Source: Octopus sinensis (taxonomy: Eukaryota). From it: DNA of 64,000 nt. The notes under the pieces were generated by a model that saw only the letters and a list, made by a program, of their open reading frames with translations, ran no database searches and was not told the origin of the DNA. Shown one piece after another: positions 50,701 to 63,600 of this stretch (positions within the stretch are counted from its first letter, which is position 1; the number at the start of each line of letters is the position of its first letter). Where the stretch lies: positions 188,914,001 to 188,978,000 of the forward strand of contig NC_042997.1 in assembly GCF_006345805.1 (NCBI RefSeq), in the 5' to 3' direction. The translations under genes were made by a program, and so were the position numbers.

Positions 50701-51815
50701 GCTCTGGAGCGACTGAATGTTAGAAGAAATGAAGAATGATTCCAGTTGTGAAAACCGCATCTTAGCATCTCCATGATATTGAGACAAAGGAAAATGACTC
50801 ATCTTGGACGATAATAGGAAAACGGAACAACACGAGGAACAACTGGTTGAAAAAACGTCGTTAGAAATGGCAGTCAAAACACCCTAGTTGAAGGAAGACA
50901 CGACGAACAGCAAACTAAGAAACTTTTTTTTCAATAGCAGAGGATGAAAATAGAAGAAATCCTTGGTAGTTGATAAGGAACAAATTATGGCCAACGCGTG
51001 GATAATCCGGATGTTGAGAGAAAGAAATTCATACCTGGCACGTAGGAAACTTTTCGGTCCATGTGAATTCTGGAAAAAATTCCGGATAATATTTTTTCCT
51101 TTTTTGTTATAAGCAAGACGAAAATTCTCTGGGACGCCGTCTCATCAAATGACCAAGTTGTATTTTTGGTTACAATGCGAGGAAAAACGATTTGGAGTCT
51201 CCTGCTTGAAATGACGCCAAACTTTTCCTGGCAAAGAAGACAATATGACGACGAGAGACATCAGTGGTGTTCCTATATGACGAGAAGCAATTTGGTTGCG
51301 TAACCAAAGTCGTGAAGGAGAAAAGAGAATACGTTTTCACTGGTCTGTATTCGCCCGGTGTTCAGCATTTTAGATGAATATGTTCATTTTCCACGTCGGG
51401 CGACCATTTTAGAAGTCTGTGTTCACGTCGGGTCACCATTTTAGATGGTGTATGTCGTCGTTGAGCCACCTAATATGACTCTCAGAAGGCTGTAATCTTG
51501 CTTGTAGTAAACCCTGAAGAAGAGCATATACAAGCAACTTTAAACACGTTTATTATTGCCACTCGTATATACACAATGGAATGATAAATAGAATGGTTGG
51601 TGTGTAGCGGGTCATGGTCTACTATGCTATGCTCCTGTCGGCAAGCTGGCCTGTGGCATAAGTTAGAGCCAATCAAGTTGCGTCCTCATAGCTTGCGTGT
51701 CAGTGCAGAAAAGTAGAAGAGATGAGGTCACGTGTCTGAACCTTAATGTTGTGTAACACCCTCTATATCTGGCCAGCTTGTTTGACCAGCTGTCAAGGGG
51801 GGTAATGCGCCTACA
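47731..51815 (-). mobile_element. Ty3/Gypsy LTR retrotransposon, decayed, protease deleted, 3' LTR absent
   Basis: LTR about 51440-51815 (TGTAG start, AATAAA); PBS TGGTGACCCGACGTGA; gag from about 50802; RT FAYVDDLL (about 49640); RNase H VDAS/TDHKPL; integrase HHCC, ITTDRGRQ, TTSYHP..NG. Confidence 0.95.
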
Positions 51816-52069
51816 CATCTATACCTGGGCTGCCGCATTCACATCTGGTTTCTGTTTTTGTCGGAACATTCCCCTAATATCCTTTATTTTCAAAGAGTGA
51901 GTACTCTCTGGTTCTAATGAACTTTTAGTATGGCTGTCAGCATAAGTACGGGAACAAAAATTGCTTTGAAGGTGCAAACCCAGATCCATATTTATTTTTA
52001 AAAACAAGGGCAATTTTTTTTCAGTCGTAATATCAAAACAAATACAGTATAACAACAACAACAACAATC

Positions 52070-52438
52070 CTTTCTACTAAAGGCATAAGACCTGAATTTT
52101 TGGGGATGGAGCAAGTCGATTACTTAATTTATCGATCCCGAAAGGATGAAAGGCAAAGTCGATATCGGCAGACGCTAAGCATTTTGTTCAGCGTTCTAAC
52201 GATTCTAATTTCTTTACTACCCACAAGGGGCTACACATAGAGGTGACAAACAAGGAAAGACAAAGGGATTAAGTCGATTATATCGACCCCAGTGCGCAAC
52301 TGGTACTTATTTAATCGACCCCGAAAGGATAAAAGGCAAAGTCGACCTCGGCGGAATTTGAACTCAGAACGTAACGGCAGACGAAATACGGCTACGCATT
52401 TCGCCCGCCGTGCCAACGATTCTGCCAGCTCACCGCCT
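52070..52438 (-). mobile_element. Two adjacent family B SINEs
   Basis: Full copy at about 52208-52438 plus a deleted older copy at about 52070-52205. Confidence 0.8.
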
Positions 52439-53471
52439 TAAACAACAATAATAATCAACTCAGATAAATCCAATAATGGAAAAGTAATGTTTTAAATCAG
52501 TCCAAAAATGTTTCCACGCTCCATTGTTTTGGCGATGAAGTTTCCTAGGAAGATATTCAAAGCGTTTTCATTGCTCCACAAAAATATCAGAGGCTACGCT
52601 TGCACCCTCTGTTCTCCAGCCTATTACTCTCGGGGCAATCCTGGAAATACTTCCGCCCGTCCACCCCATTTTCTCCCAAATTTGTTTATTTTTGTAAATT
52701 TTTTTTTGCCAAAAATCCCCGTCTTCGGATACGGAGGTTCCGGAAAATTGCATAAAATCGGCATTGTGAAATTTCCCCCCGTTTCCCCCAACTTCTTCAA
52801 TTTTGACTTTTTTCCCCAAAAACCCTAACCGTAAGTACAGAAATGTTTTGAAATTTTTGTCCCAATCATAATCTCCGTATTTTCCCGCATATTTTGAAAA
52901 AAAAAAATGTGAAAAAAGTTTAAAATGAAGGAAATGCGGGGGGAGCGGGGTGTAATTTAGAAATGTCAATTTTTGCAAATTTTTTTGGCAGATTCGTATT
53001 CCTCGTAGCCGAAAAGGGGGTTTATGTAAAAAAAAAAATCGTACAGGGTGGTTTTGTGGGTGTGTGGGGTGGGGGGTGGGGGCGAAAGTCTTGCCGCAAT
53101 CGGAAAAAAAAAGCAATCCTTCCTACGCATAGCACTGTAGACAGTTTTAGCAACAATATCATGTCTCACGGGAAGGTGGTATTTTGCGGGCACTTTTGGA
53201 CAGCTGCCTTCCCACACGATTCAATATTTCCTTCCACGACGTTGAGCTCTAGAGGCATCTTGACTCTCTTGCTCATCAGGTATTTTAGAAGCTATCCCTT
53301 GCTGTGCATGTGCGCGCGTATGTTTGAGGCTTCGAACCTTCAAAAACCTTGTCCTACAATAAAGATTTGCTCAACAATTATATTGAATTGTCTCTTTCTC
53401 TGAGGTACTAGCTTGTATGCTCAATCAACCTATTCATACATACATGCAATCCTGTAGACATACAAACATAT

Positions 53472-53857
53472 AGGCGAAGGAGTGGCTGTGTGGTAAGTAG
53501 TTTGTTTACCAACCATATGGTTCCGGGTTCAGTACCACTGCGTGGCACCTTGGGCAAGTGTCGTCTACTATAGCCTCGGGCCGACAGTGGATTTGATAGA
53601 CGGAAACTGAAAGAAGCCCGTCGTGTATATGTATATATATGTGTGTGTGTGTTTGTGTATCTGCGTTCGTCCCCCCCAACAACGCTTAACAACCGATGTT
53701 GGTGTGTTTTCGTCCCCATCACTTAGCGGTTCGGCAAAAGAGACCGATAGAATAAGTACTAGGCTTACAAAGAATAAGTCCTGGAGTCGATTTGCTCGAC
53801 TAAAGGCGGTGCTCCAGCATGGCCACAGTCAAATGACTGAAACAAGTAAAAGAGTAA
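53472..53857 (+). mobile_element. SINE family A, full length
   Basis: AGGCGAAGGAGTGGCTGTGTGGTAAG head through the AGTAAA tail; AAACATA repeated on both flanks. Confidence 0.9.
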
Positions 53858-54134
53858 ACATACACAGACGCATACATTTATATATACATACATTCTCTCT
53901 CTCTCTCACACACACAGATAGTGTGTGGATGACAATGTATTTGATAAATCTGAATTTTCAACCATCTGGAAAGCAAGATATCTTTTGAAAAGTATACATT
54001 TACTGTATATTGGAAAATAAAGATGGTCATACTTCATGGTAGCTACCGAGATCTAATCACCTGCAATTAGCGGGGTCAAATGATCAAATTCACACCGAGC
54101 GAATCTCTACAAAATAGCTGTGAAATCATAGCCC

Positions 54135-54310
54135 GGTACTACTTAAGAAGAGTGGTCCCGGTGCGCGCACTCGCGTATCCGCGTCAGCTAGTCGTGACTA
54201 GTCGATCCTACAATGACTACATAGCAAAGTAAATAAAACACAAAATGAATAATTTTTTAAAAACAAAGTAAATAAAACACAAAAACACCGACTAGTCACG
54301 ACTAGCTAGC
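54135..54310. mobile_element. GGTAC-terminus MITE, right TIR truncated
   Basis: Homologous to 57292-57520; 9-bp TSD TCATAGCCC/TCATAACCC. Confidence 0.8.
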
Positions 54311-54331
54311 TCATAACCCTATTATCTAGAA

Positions 54332-54511
54332 CAGTGGTTTTCAACCAGGGTTCCGCAAGAAGTTACAAAACTGCTAAAATCGGCAGTAATTTTTAATTCT
54401 CCTGTGCAGATATGTGTGCATAAGACTATTAAATTATTGCACAGGGGTTCCTCGAGCCAGTGGAATGTTTCCTTGGGGTTCCGTTCCAGCCAAAAGTTTC
54501 AAAAAGCACTG
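54332..54511. mobile_element. hAT/Charlie-type MITE
   Basis: CAGTGGTTTTCAAC...AAAAAGCACTG termini; TSD ATCTAGAA/GTCTAGAA (nTCTAGAn). Confidence 0.85.
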
Positions 54512-54778
54512 GTCTAGAAAAAAAACTAAAGCACACATACAAAAGCAGGAAACCCAAAGTGACTGAGTAATGTAGAACTATGCACCTGGTAATGGCTAAA
54601 GTGGTTTTGCTATGATCGCATTTATGCGGGTTTTGACCTGGGGTTAAAACAACAGCAACAACTGCGAACAAGCCAATAAGGTATTATCACGCAGTCATAC
54701 GACTTGCTACAAATATCTGACAAATTTTTTCTCGATTCACTCTATCTTCTCAAAAATTGAAGGACATATTAGCTAATG

Positions 54779-55178
54779 GGTACTACTTGCGAACAGTGGT
54801 CCCAGTGCGCGCACTCGCGTAGTCGCGCTAGCTAGTCGTGACTAATCGATCCTACAACGACTACCTGTTTGTCCCCCTAGCATTGCTTGACAACCGATGC
54901 TGGTGTGTTTACGTCCCCGTCACTTAGCGGTTCGGCAAAAGGGCCGATAGAATAAGTACTGGGCTTACAAAGAATAAGTCCCGGGGTCGATTTGCTCGAC
55001 TAAAGGCGGTGCTCCAGCATGGCCGCAGTCGAATGACTGAAACAAGTAAAGGAGTAAAAGAGTAAGAGTAAAGTAAATAATTTTTTAAACAATGTAAATA
55101 ACACACAAAAACACAAAGTAAGAATCGACTAGTCATGACTAGCTAGCGCGGATGCGCGAGTGCGCGCACCGGGACCAC
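54779..55178. mobile_element. GGTAC-terminus MITE with nested SINE A 3' fragment (approx. 54865-55070)
   Basis: Perfect 9-bp TSD TAGCTAATG (54770-54778 and 55179-55187); right TIR lacks its last approx. 17 bp. Confidence 0.85.
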
Positions 55179-55489
55179 TAGCTAATGTAGGCTTAGATAA
55201 ACTATATCTAAAAAATGAATTAGTCACCGCCACATCATTTTGATAAAGTATCTACTCGATCACAACTGACACGGGGTACTCATCCCTGTTTGTGTGTATG
55301 TGTATGATTCACTACAGATAATAGTCATTTTGAAACTAACAAAGGAAATATCAATAATATAATTAAGTTGGTGACAGTTTGTGGAAAAAAAAAAGAAAAA
55401 AAAGAACCCTCCTTCCCCAAATAAAACAAACAACTAACCCAAATCTTATGGAACAGGAATCGCATTTTTAATATACAACAAAACAACAT

Positions 55490-55820
55490 TTATTTCTTTA
55501 CTGCCCACAAGGGGCTAAACACAGATAAACTTAGATAGGTTTCGACCAAAGATTGGTCCAGGCCATGTCTAACTTAATAGCACCACCTGATACCACAGAG
55601 GGGACAAACAAGGACAGATAAACGGATTAAATCGATTACATCGACCCCACTGCGTAACTGGTACTTAATTTATCGACCCCAAAAGGATGAAAGGCAAAGT
55701 CTACCTCGGCGGAATTTTCTTAGAGTACAACAGGGGTCGCCACCACCCCCTCCAGGACCCTCGTGGAGCTTTTAGGTGTTTTCGCTCAATAAACACTCAC
55801 AACGCCCGGTTTGGGAATCA
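55490..55820 (-). mobile_element. SINE B fragment joined to SINE C fragment
   Basis: Family B at about 55490-55715 and family C at about 55722-55820. Confidence 0.7.
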
Positions 55821-57291
55821 AAGACAACAAAACAACATTATTAACCAAAAGATCTCGAGTTACACTTTGGCAATAACAAAATTCAAGTTAGAAAATAAAA
55901 AAAAAGTTTACCCAAACATCGAAACCCTGCTAATTTATCGAAATGTATTAGAGTTCTTCTCTTATTGAAGAAAGCATTATATTCTGATTTAGCAAGTATC
56001 TTTTGTTTCATGTCAATGTTTCTTCCATACGTTGTTTTGCTTTCCTTTTTATCTAAGTTGCTGCTGAAGTATTTTCTTTCAGCAGTGAGGAGATGGTGGA
56101 AGATTAAGGTTTATATATACAGAGCAATTGAGTGTGTATATGTGTGAGAGCGCGCGCGTGCGAGAGCGAGAGAGAGAGAGAGAAAGGATGTGTATAGAGA
56201 GATTCAGCAACTTTTGGTGGAGCAGGTTGCACATCTATGTATGTATACAGTGTTAAAATTAAGCAACGATAAGCTGTCAATCGCTGCCAAAGACGGAGAT
56301 CCGGATACAGATACCGAACTGAACATAGAAAACAGTATTACGCAGACACAAAAGGATGACATTTACTCCATCCTTTGTCTTTATTGGAACTATACATCCG
56401 TACATTTGCATCTACGTTCCGTCTTAGTCCTGGACCCCAATACGAAATTTAACCGCGCTGAGAGCTGGTTGAACGGCAATCCACTCGGTTATATTGACCT
56501 GTAAGTAGCAGCTGTTTTTTTTCTTCCCAAACACATACATTAAATACAAACAAAATTACAGCAAAACACACATGTACATATGGAACCACACTCACATACG
56601 GCGCTATAATTATTTTTTCAACCCATAATGCAATTCATTATCGACCATAATCTCTCTTTTTTTTTGAAACTTGCTTAACTCGATCAGAAGTTATCTATCT
56701 ACGTGTCGTATCACCTGTATTATCAGTTCTATTGTCTTTGTTTAATTTTCTGATTGTTCCCGGAGAATAGAGAATGTAGGAAATCGATTAAAAAACGAAA
56801 ACATTGCACTTTCCTCCATCCTCTCGCTCTGTCTCTCTCCCTTTCTTTGAGTATGTATGTATGTAGAGAGAGATACATAAAGGGAGGGAGAGACAGAAAG
56901 GGGGAGGAAAGGAAAGTACAAAGTTTGTTTTGTGTTCGTATTTCTCCATCTATTTATATACGTGTGTGTATATATATATATAAATATAAATCTACAAGCA
57001 AACGTCGTATCTGAAGAAGAAGCACACTCTAAGAACAGTAATGTATTTATATGTAGTTAAATCTTTGTCCAGTCATAGAGTAACCAATAGTTTCTCATCC
57101 ATAAAGGGCCCAACCTCATGGATATATGTGTGTGTGTGTGCGTGCGCGCTTTTATGTTCTCGTGGAAGTTGAACTGGCACGTTCACATACTTTATCCCAA
57201 ATTAAAAGGGTCTAGTTAACGATCTTTGGCCGATAGTGAAACTCAGTAACAATTTGTGAGTTTTCAACCTATATATATATATATATTAATG

Positions 57292-57520
57292 GGTACTACT
57301 TGAGAACAGTGGTCCCGGTGCGCGCACTCGCGTAGTCGCGCTAGCTAGTCGTGACTAGTCGATCCTACAACGACTAACTAGCAAAGTAAATAAAACACAA
57401 AATAAATAATTTTTGTTAAACAAAGTAAATAACACAAAAACACAAAGGATCGACTAGTCATGACTAGCTAGCGCGGATGCGCGAGTGCGCGCACCGGGTC
57501 CACTGTTCTCATGTAGTACC
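57292..57520. mobile_element. Complete GGTAC...GTACC MITE (Merlin-like), approx. 75-bp TIRs
   Basis: Perfect 9-bp TSD ATATTAATG at 57283-57291 and 57521-57529. Confidence 0.92.
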
Positions 57521-57879
57521 ATATTAATGTTTGTTTTAATGTCAATTTATATATAAAAACAATTTATCAATAAACTCGTTACTTTTTGTAGGGTACATGT
57601 TTATCAAACTTTTAGAAGAGTGGTGGTAATGCTTCCTTGAAAGTTTCGACCAGCTAGCCTTCGCTTGACTTCGAAGTTACTGTCACTCTTCTCGTAAATA
57701 TTTAGTAAACACACGCATACTTTTCTCCTTATTCATTTATGTGAGTGCGTGCACACATACACACACATATGTGTATATACATTCGGCATTCTAGAAGCCT
57801 GAAGGAGTCGGGCTCCTGTTAGGGACCTGCGAAATTTATACTATTATTATTATTATTATTATCATCATCATCATCATTA

Positions 57880-58558
57880 TTATTGCAGCCCGATTAAAGT
57901 AGGGTGTCGGGGAAATCATCATTATGGAATCGGACGACAGTCTGATCTGTCCTACACGTGACAGCAGCTGTTCGACATAACTCCACAAGTCAGCAATGTC
58001 CGGACAATAATAATAAGGGCTGCCTTGATGCAATACCAGACAGTGGCTCTCATGGCTTCTGATCTTAACTGATTGGAAGTGATATGTACACTGTTTTGTC
58101 TTGGTATAAAAGATGGGTTACAGCAAATATTCTGCTTAATACCACATATTTACTTGTCAGTTGTTTGGCCCTAACCAGTTGAGCATGTCCCTTAGTGGCT
58201 GACGATATGTGCATCTCTGATCACGAGCAGAAGTAGTGGGGGAGCATCATAGCCGTGTATTGAAAGGAATTCTTGAGGGTTTGGATAATCCACAGGGGTG
58301 GTTCGTTCAACATCCTTAAACAATCCTTATTCAGGGACCTTTTGAGTGGGATGGGCTACTTGACCAGAACAAAATTCTAACTGGACCCCACCTGCAAGGT
58401 CGTGCGCTGTTTATTTTGATATGAGATCACCATGTCGCGTACATATGGTTGTGACGCATGTGCCTGGTGTACCCTGATGGGTATACTGGGCTTCGTATAT
58501 TTTACCCCAGTGTCACTTATATGGCATGCACTGCCCTCTCACTCAATAATAATAATAA
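57880..58558 (+). mobile_element. Unclassified interspersed repeat, probable non-LTR 3' region
   Basis: GC-richer block bounded by (ATT)n and ending CTCTCACTC(AAT)n; no protein motif recognised. Confidence 0.4.
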
Positions 58559-60235
58559 AAGTGAAATTCTGTCTGTCCGTTCGCCCGGGACCCCTGTATC
58601 TCAGTCTACGTTTGCTCTACATAGACGCATAATACCTTTTTGGAATCAGGATTACTCCGGGATTGAAAACCGGCACTTTATTTGGTTCTTGAACCTCCAG
58701 CATTGGGATCAGTCTGGATGAGAATTTGTTATATGCTAACAGTTGAAAATTCGGCGGAGGTAAAGGACATATTTTTCTTTGTCCCCCTCGAAAAGAAAAA
58801 CTCTACATTGTAATTGTCCCCTCTGCGTCTAGCCCTGTGTGGCCAATAAAGTTATCTATTTATCTGTCTGCCTGTCTCGATCAGTAGACGCACACACATA
58901 CGCACATCGGTTCCCTAAGTGTTGTTTGAAGAATGAAGTTTGGCTATGAACGATATTACAACACACCGAACGCATTGCTCTTTCTCCTCTTCACATCCAA
59001 TTGTATAATATAGTTTCTGTTTACAAATCCAAATTGTTCCCTATACTTCTATTTTGATAGCTACAAGTTAGTCCTGATCGAGCAGATCTATAAACAAAAA
59101 CATTCCAGCCACGACCATCCCATTTTATCTTATTGTCCAAGGTGTCCTTCCATTTGTAAGATGGTAAAGTGTAGAATGAGATATATTTCGCTGCCATATC
59201 CTGCTCGATAAATAACCTCATAGAAGCTGCCTCATTGGCTCGTGTTCTATTATTCATAGCTGTGTATGTAAATAGATGTCAGTCTTATATATATGTATAT
59301 AGCTTCCCATTAGAAATGTAACGGATTCAGTGAATTAGCTGTAATTATTATAGATTGTATATATATTTCTTATGTACACAACTTTCACAATCATCTTTTA
59401 AATTATAAGCATAGTCACACATACACACAAGCATATATTTATGGATGTATAGAATTTACGTAATTACGTCTGTGTGTATGTATATATGTATGTACTTGTC
59501 TGTACCTGATTAGCTTTTATTTAACACAAACACACACACATATTGAAATAAATAAACACACATAGAGGAAATTCAACAGTAACATTATTCATGTTCATGC
59601 ATGTATTGATAAAGTTTTATCTTAGCTTGTTTATAGACTATTAAAAGTAACACTGCTATCCCTACCGTTCCCATTTCCTCTGTTCCTATTTATACGAAGT
59701 CTAACTTGTGATCTTTGTTTCTTTTTTCTATTAAGTATTTAATTAAAAAGTTTAGGTACATATAATAAATAACCGGCAACATAGCGCTAACTAACAATAT
59801 CGATCCAAATCTCTTTCTCCACAACATAGCCATTCGTGCGTGTTTATTGTATTGTGTATATACGCCAATATAAATGTTGGTAAAATAGTATTCTATATAA
59901 CTATTTTTTTTATTTATTTTATGTATAAATCTCCAAGTGTGAGTCTGTATATAGATGGTGTGTATGTGCGTGTGTGTATTCATCGGTTCATTCAAGTCAT
60001 CCAGTTTTTACGTACGTGCACGTGTGTGTTTATGAGTTCGTATGCTTTCATTCAACAAGCTACTTTTTGTTCTAACAAGCCAAGCAACACAACCAGAAGT
60101 TATTAACATCATTCGGCCGAAATAATAGTGTATTCTCTTCGTCTGATTGCAATCTAGGTAAACTAATTATTCTTCCTTAGATAGGCGTGAAACCTGAGAT
60201 TTTTTTGGCGAGTGAAAATAGGAACCTCTGACGTT

Positions 60236-60652
60236 TGTAGTGATGCTACAGTGTAGGGTTCGGCGCGCATGCGCAGAATGGGACTACTTCCGGGTGGCCA
60301 CCGGAAGTCTTCCCCATGCGCATGTGCGGGAAAACATCTCTCGAGCCCGCGAACCTCAAATCTCTCTCTTCGGCTCAAGACAGCACTGCGATCGGTCACG
60401 GTTTCCTGGCTCTGACAGCCACACACCAACTTCAACCAACTTCAACCAACCTCAACGACCAACACCAGCAGTATATCAGAGGCTGTCTATTCCCCCATCA
60501 GACAACGTACAACCATGAATCAATAAACCAAGTTGTCTGTTCACCTTTAACCTGAGTTTCGTCTGTTTGTTTTCTACAAGAATTTTTGTATGTGACTAGA
60601 AAGGATCTCGACACCCTGCCAGTGCTTCGATGATAGATCCTTTCACGTTACA
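60236..60652 (+). repeat. 5' LTR of Gypsy element (417 bp)
   Basis: TGTAG...TTACA; AATAAA at about 60522; followed by PBS TGGTGACCCC at 60655. Confidence 0.85.
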
Positions 60653-63600
60653 ATTGGTGACCCCTAGTTGAGAAAAAGAACAGGATAGAAGAAGACACAG
60701 CGAACAGGTTTTTTTTTGGGGCCGAAGAGCGCGGAAATTCACATTTATTTTCCTATTTTCTCCTTTTCAGCACGGCGAGGTGGGTAAAATAGCCTTATTC
60801 ATCGCACACAGTACAAAAAAAAAAAAAAAAAAAAAGAAAAAAGAAAACACACACACATTCATTTTTTTCCTTTCTGTATTTTGTTTTCCTTGTACACACC
60901 TATTCCTTTTTTTTGCTACCCACGAGGTGCACACACAAACACAATTTTGAATTGCCTTCTCGGTTCCACGTGTTCTCTCTCCACTTCTAGACCATACCTT
61001 CTGCCCCCTTCTCACAGATTCCTTCCGACAAAGGCATGGCTTCAGGTTTGCCTTCATTTACGGGGGATATGGGCCTGTGGTTTGCCCAAGTGGAGTGGTA
61101 TTTTAATGCACATGCCATTTCTCCACAGCAGCAGTTGCACCTGCTATATTCCGGCTTACATCCCCGACTCGCCGCATCGATCAGGGATCTAATAATAAGT
61201 CCCCACCGGATGCCACATACGCGTCTGTGAAAGCAGAAATCCTCCGCCGCAACACACGTTCGGGGGAGAGCAATATTCAGATTGCCACGATGGCCGATGG
61301 AATACTGGAATTTCCGAATCCATCTCCATCGCGAGGCCTCTGTGCATGTATAAGGGCCCTGCGCAAATTTCACTAGCCGAGCGGATTGATGCGCTCACGC
61401 GGCGAATCGACGATCTATCCCGTGCGATCGAGCGCCGACAACGCAGTCGTAGTCGCTCTACCAAAAGGGCAGATCGGTGTACCAGCCGTGCACTTTCAAG
61501 CCCTCGGAAAACTAAATCCGGAGGAGGTGAGCACGTCACCTTCTTCCATCTCGTTTCCCAAACATCGTGCATTCTATGTAAAAGATCTGGTGTCGAAGAC
61601 ATTCTTCATGGTAGACACCGGTTCCTGTTGCAGCATCTGGCCCCTTCGTCTGGCTGCAGACAAGCCGAAGCGCTCTTCGATTGTCTTGCATGCTATTGAC
61701 TCGTCTCCCATAACCACTTACGGTCAGATTTCGCTGCGCCTCAACCTCAACCTTCGCGAGACTTTCGATGGGTTTTCGTCATCGCTGACATCCCGCATCC
61801 TATTCTCGGCGCTGATTTCCTGGATAGGTTTAACCTATTGGTGGATGTCAGGCGTCGGAGGCTTCTTGATAGCACGACGTCGCTCTCTACACCGACTGGG
61901 AGTTCCACACTGCGGTCCTTAGCCCGACATTCTTTGTTGCCACCTCTGGAGACCCTTTTCACTCTCTTTTGGTTTCATTTCCGGAGCTAGTGGACATTGC
62001 CTTTAAACCGGAAAATCCTACCCACTCGACCCTCCATTTCATCACCACCAATGGGCCACCTGTATTCTCACGCCCCCGGCGCCTAGCGCCAGACCGGCTT
62101 AAAACGGCCAGAGCCGAGTTTGAGCACATGCTTCAACTTGGCATTATACGCCCCTCCACCAGCCCATGGGCATCTCCCCTTCATTTGGCGCGAAGGGCGA
62201 GTCTGATTTTCGCCCGGTTGGAGACTATCGACGCCTCAATGCCGTCACAATAGCCGATCGCTATCCGATTAGAAATCTCCGGGACTTTACAGCAAATCTC
62301 CATGGTTGTACCATTTTTTCGAAGGTCGATCTGATACGCGCTTACCACCAAATACCGGTCAACCCAGCCGACGTTCCAAAAACTGCAATCACTACCCCGT
62401 TTGGGTGTTTTGAGTTTTTGTACATGAGTTTCGGTTTGCGGAATGCTACTAGCACCTTCCAGCGTTTCATTGATGAGGTTGTCCGCGGTCTTGATTTTGT
62501 GTTTGCCTATGTCGATGACATACTCATTGCGAGCGACACACGAGAAAATCATCTCCGGCACCTTTCTCAACTCTTCCAGCGTCTTCGCGCGTATAGCATA
62601 CGCATAAACCCCGACAAGTGTGTTTTCGGACGCTCTTCCATAGATTTTCTAGGGCATCATATTGATTCGACTGGAATCAGCCCCCTCTCGTCAAAAGTCG
62701 ATGCCATTCAACGCATCGCACCCCCACTTCCTTGCGCCAGCTCAGGCATTATAGGGATGGTCAATTTCTACCGACGCTTCATTCCCGGTTGTGCAGATAA
62801 GCTGCTACCTCTCACCAGGCTGTTAAAGGACTCTCCTAGAAAGGACAGTCAAGTCACCCTCTCTGTTGAGGCAGTGACAGCCTTTGAGTCCATTAAGAAG
62901 GAGCTGGCTTCTGTTTCTTTGCTTGCACATCCAGTTCCTGGTGCTTCTCTCTCTTTGACTGTGGACGCATCGGACACTGCCATTGGCGCTGTGTTACAAC
63001 ACACAGTGGATGACCATGTTCGACCTCTAGCCTTCTTTTCCCGTCAACTGCAACCAGCTGAACGACGATACAGCACCTTTGATCGTGAGCTCCTAGCGAT
63101 CTATCTATCGGTTCGTCATTTCCAGCATCAACTTGAAGGGCGAGATTTTGTGATCTATACGGATCACAAGCCCCTTACGTTTGCCCTGTTTTCAAAAACG
63201 GACAAACTCTCACCCCGTGCTTTTCGGCACCTGGATTTTATCTCTCAATTTACTAGCAACATTCGACACATACCTGGAAAAGAGAACGTTCCTGCTGACG
63301 CTCTCTCTCGCCTTCCAGTTTGCGCCCTTTCGTCTCCTGCTGCTATCGACTTAGCTGCCATATCGCAGAGAGCAGCCACCTTTGGCGTCGTTAGATTTAA
63401 TTTCTCCCAAGTTCTCCTGTTGCCAGTTTTCCTACCTTCCGCTTCCGTCAGCCGAAGGCACCATTCTTTGTGACACTTCAACTGGATCTCCCAGGCCACT
63501 GGTGCCTGAGACCCATCAACGCTCAGTGTTTGAAGCACTGCACTCCTTATCACATCCTGGCATCGCTGCCACCCTCAAACTAATCACTGCTCGGTTTTTC

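Noticed and set aside
52508-53403. Overlapping 100-180 aa ORFs
   Set aside because: No recognisable domain, homopolymer-rich, and part of the sequence is repeated at about 9477-9668 and 18270-18320, so it is a repeat.
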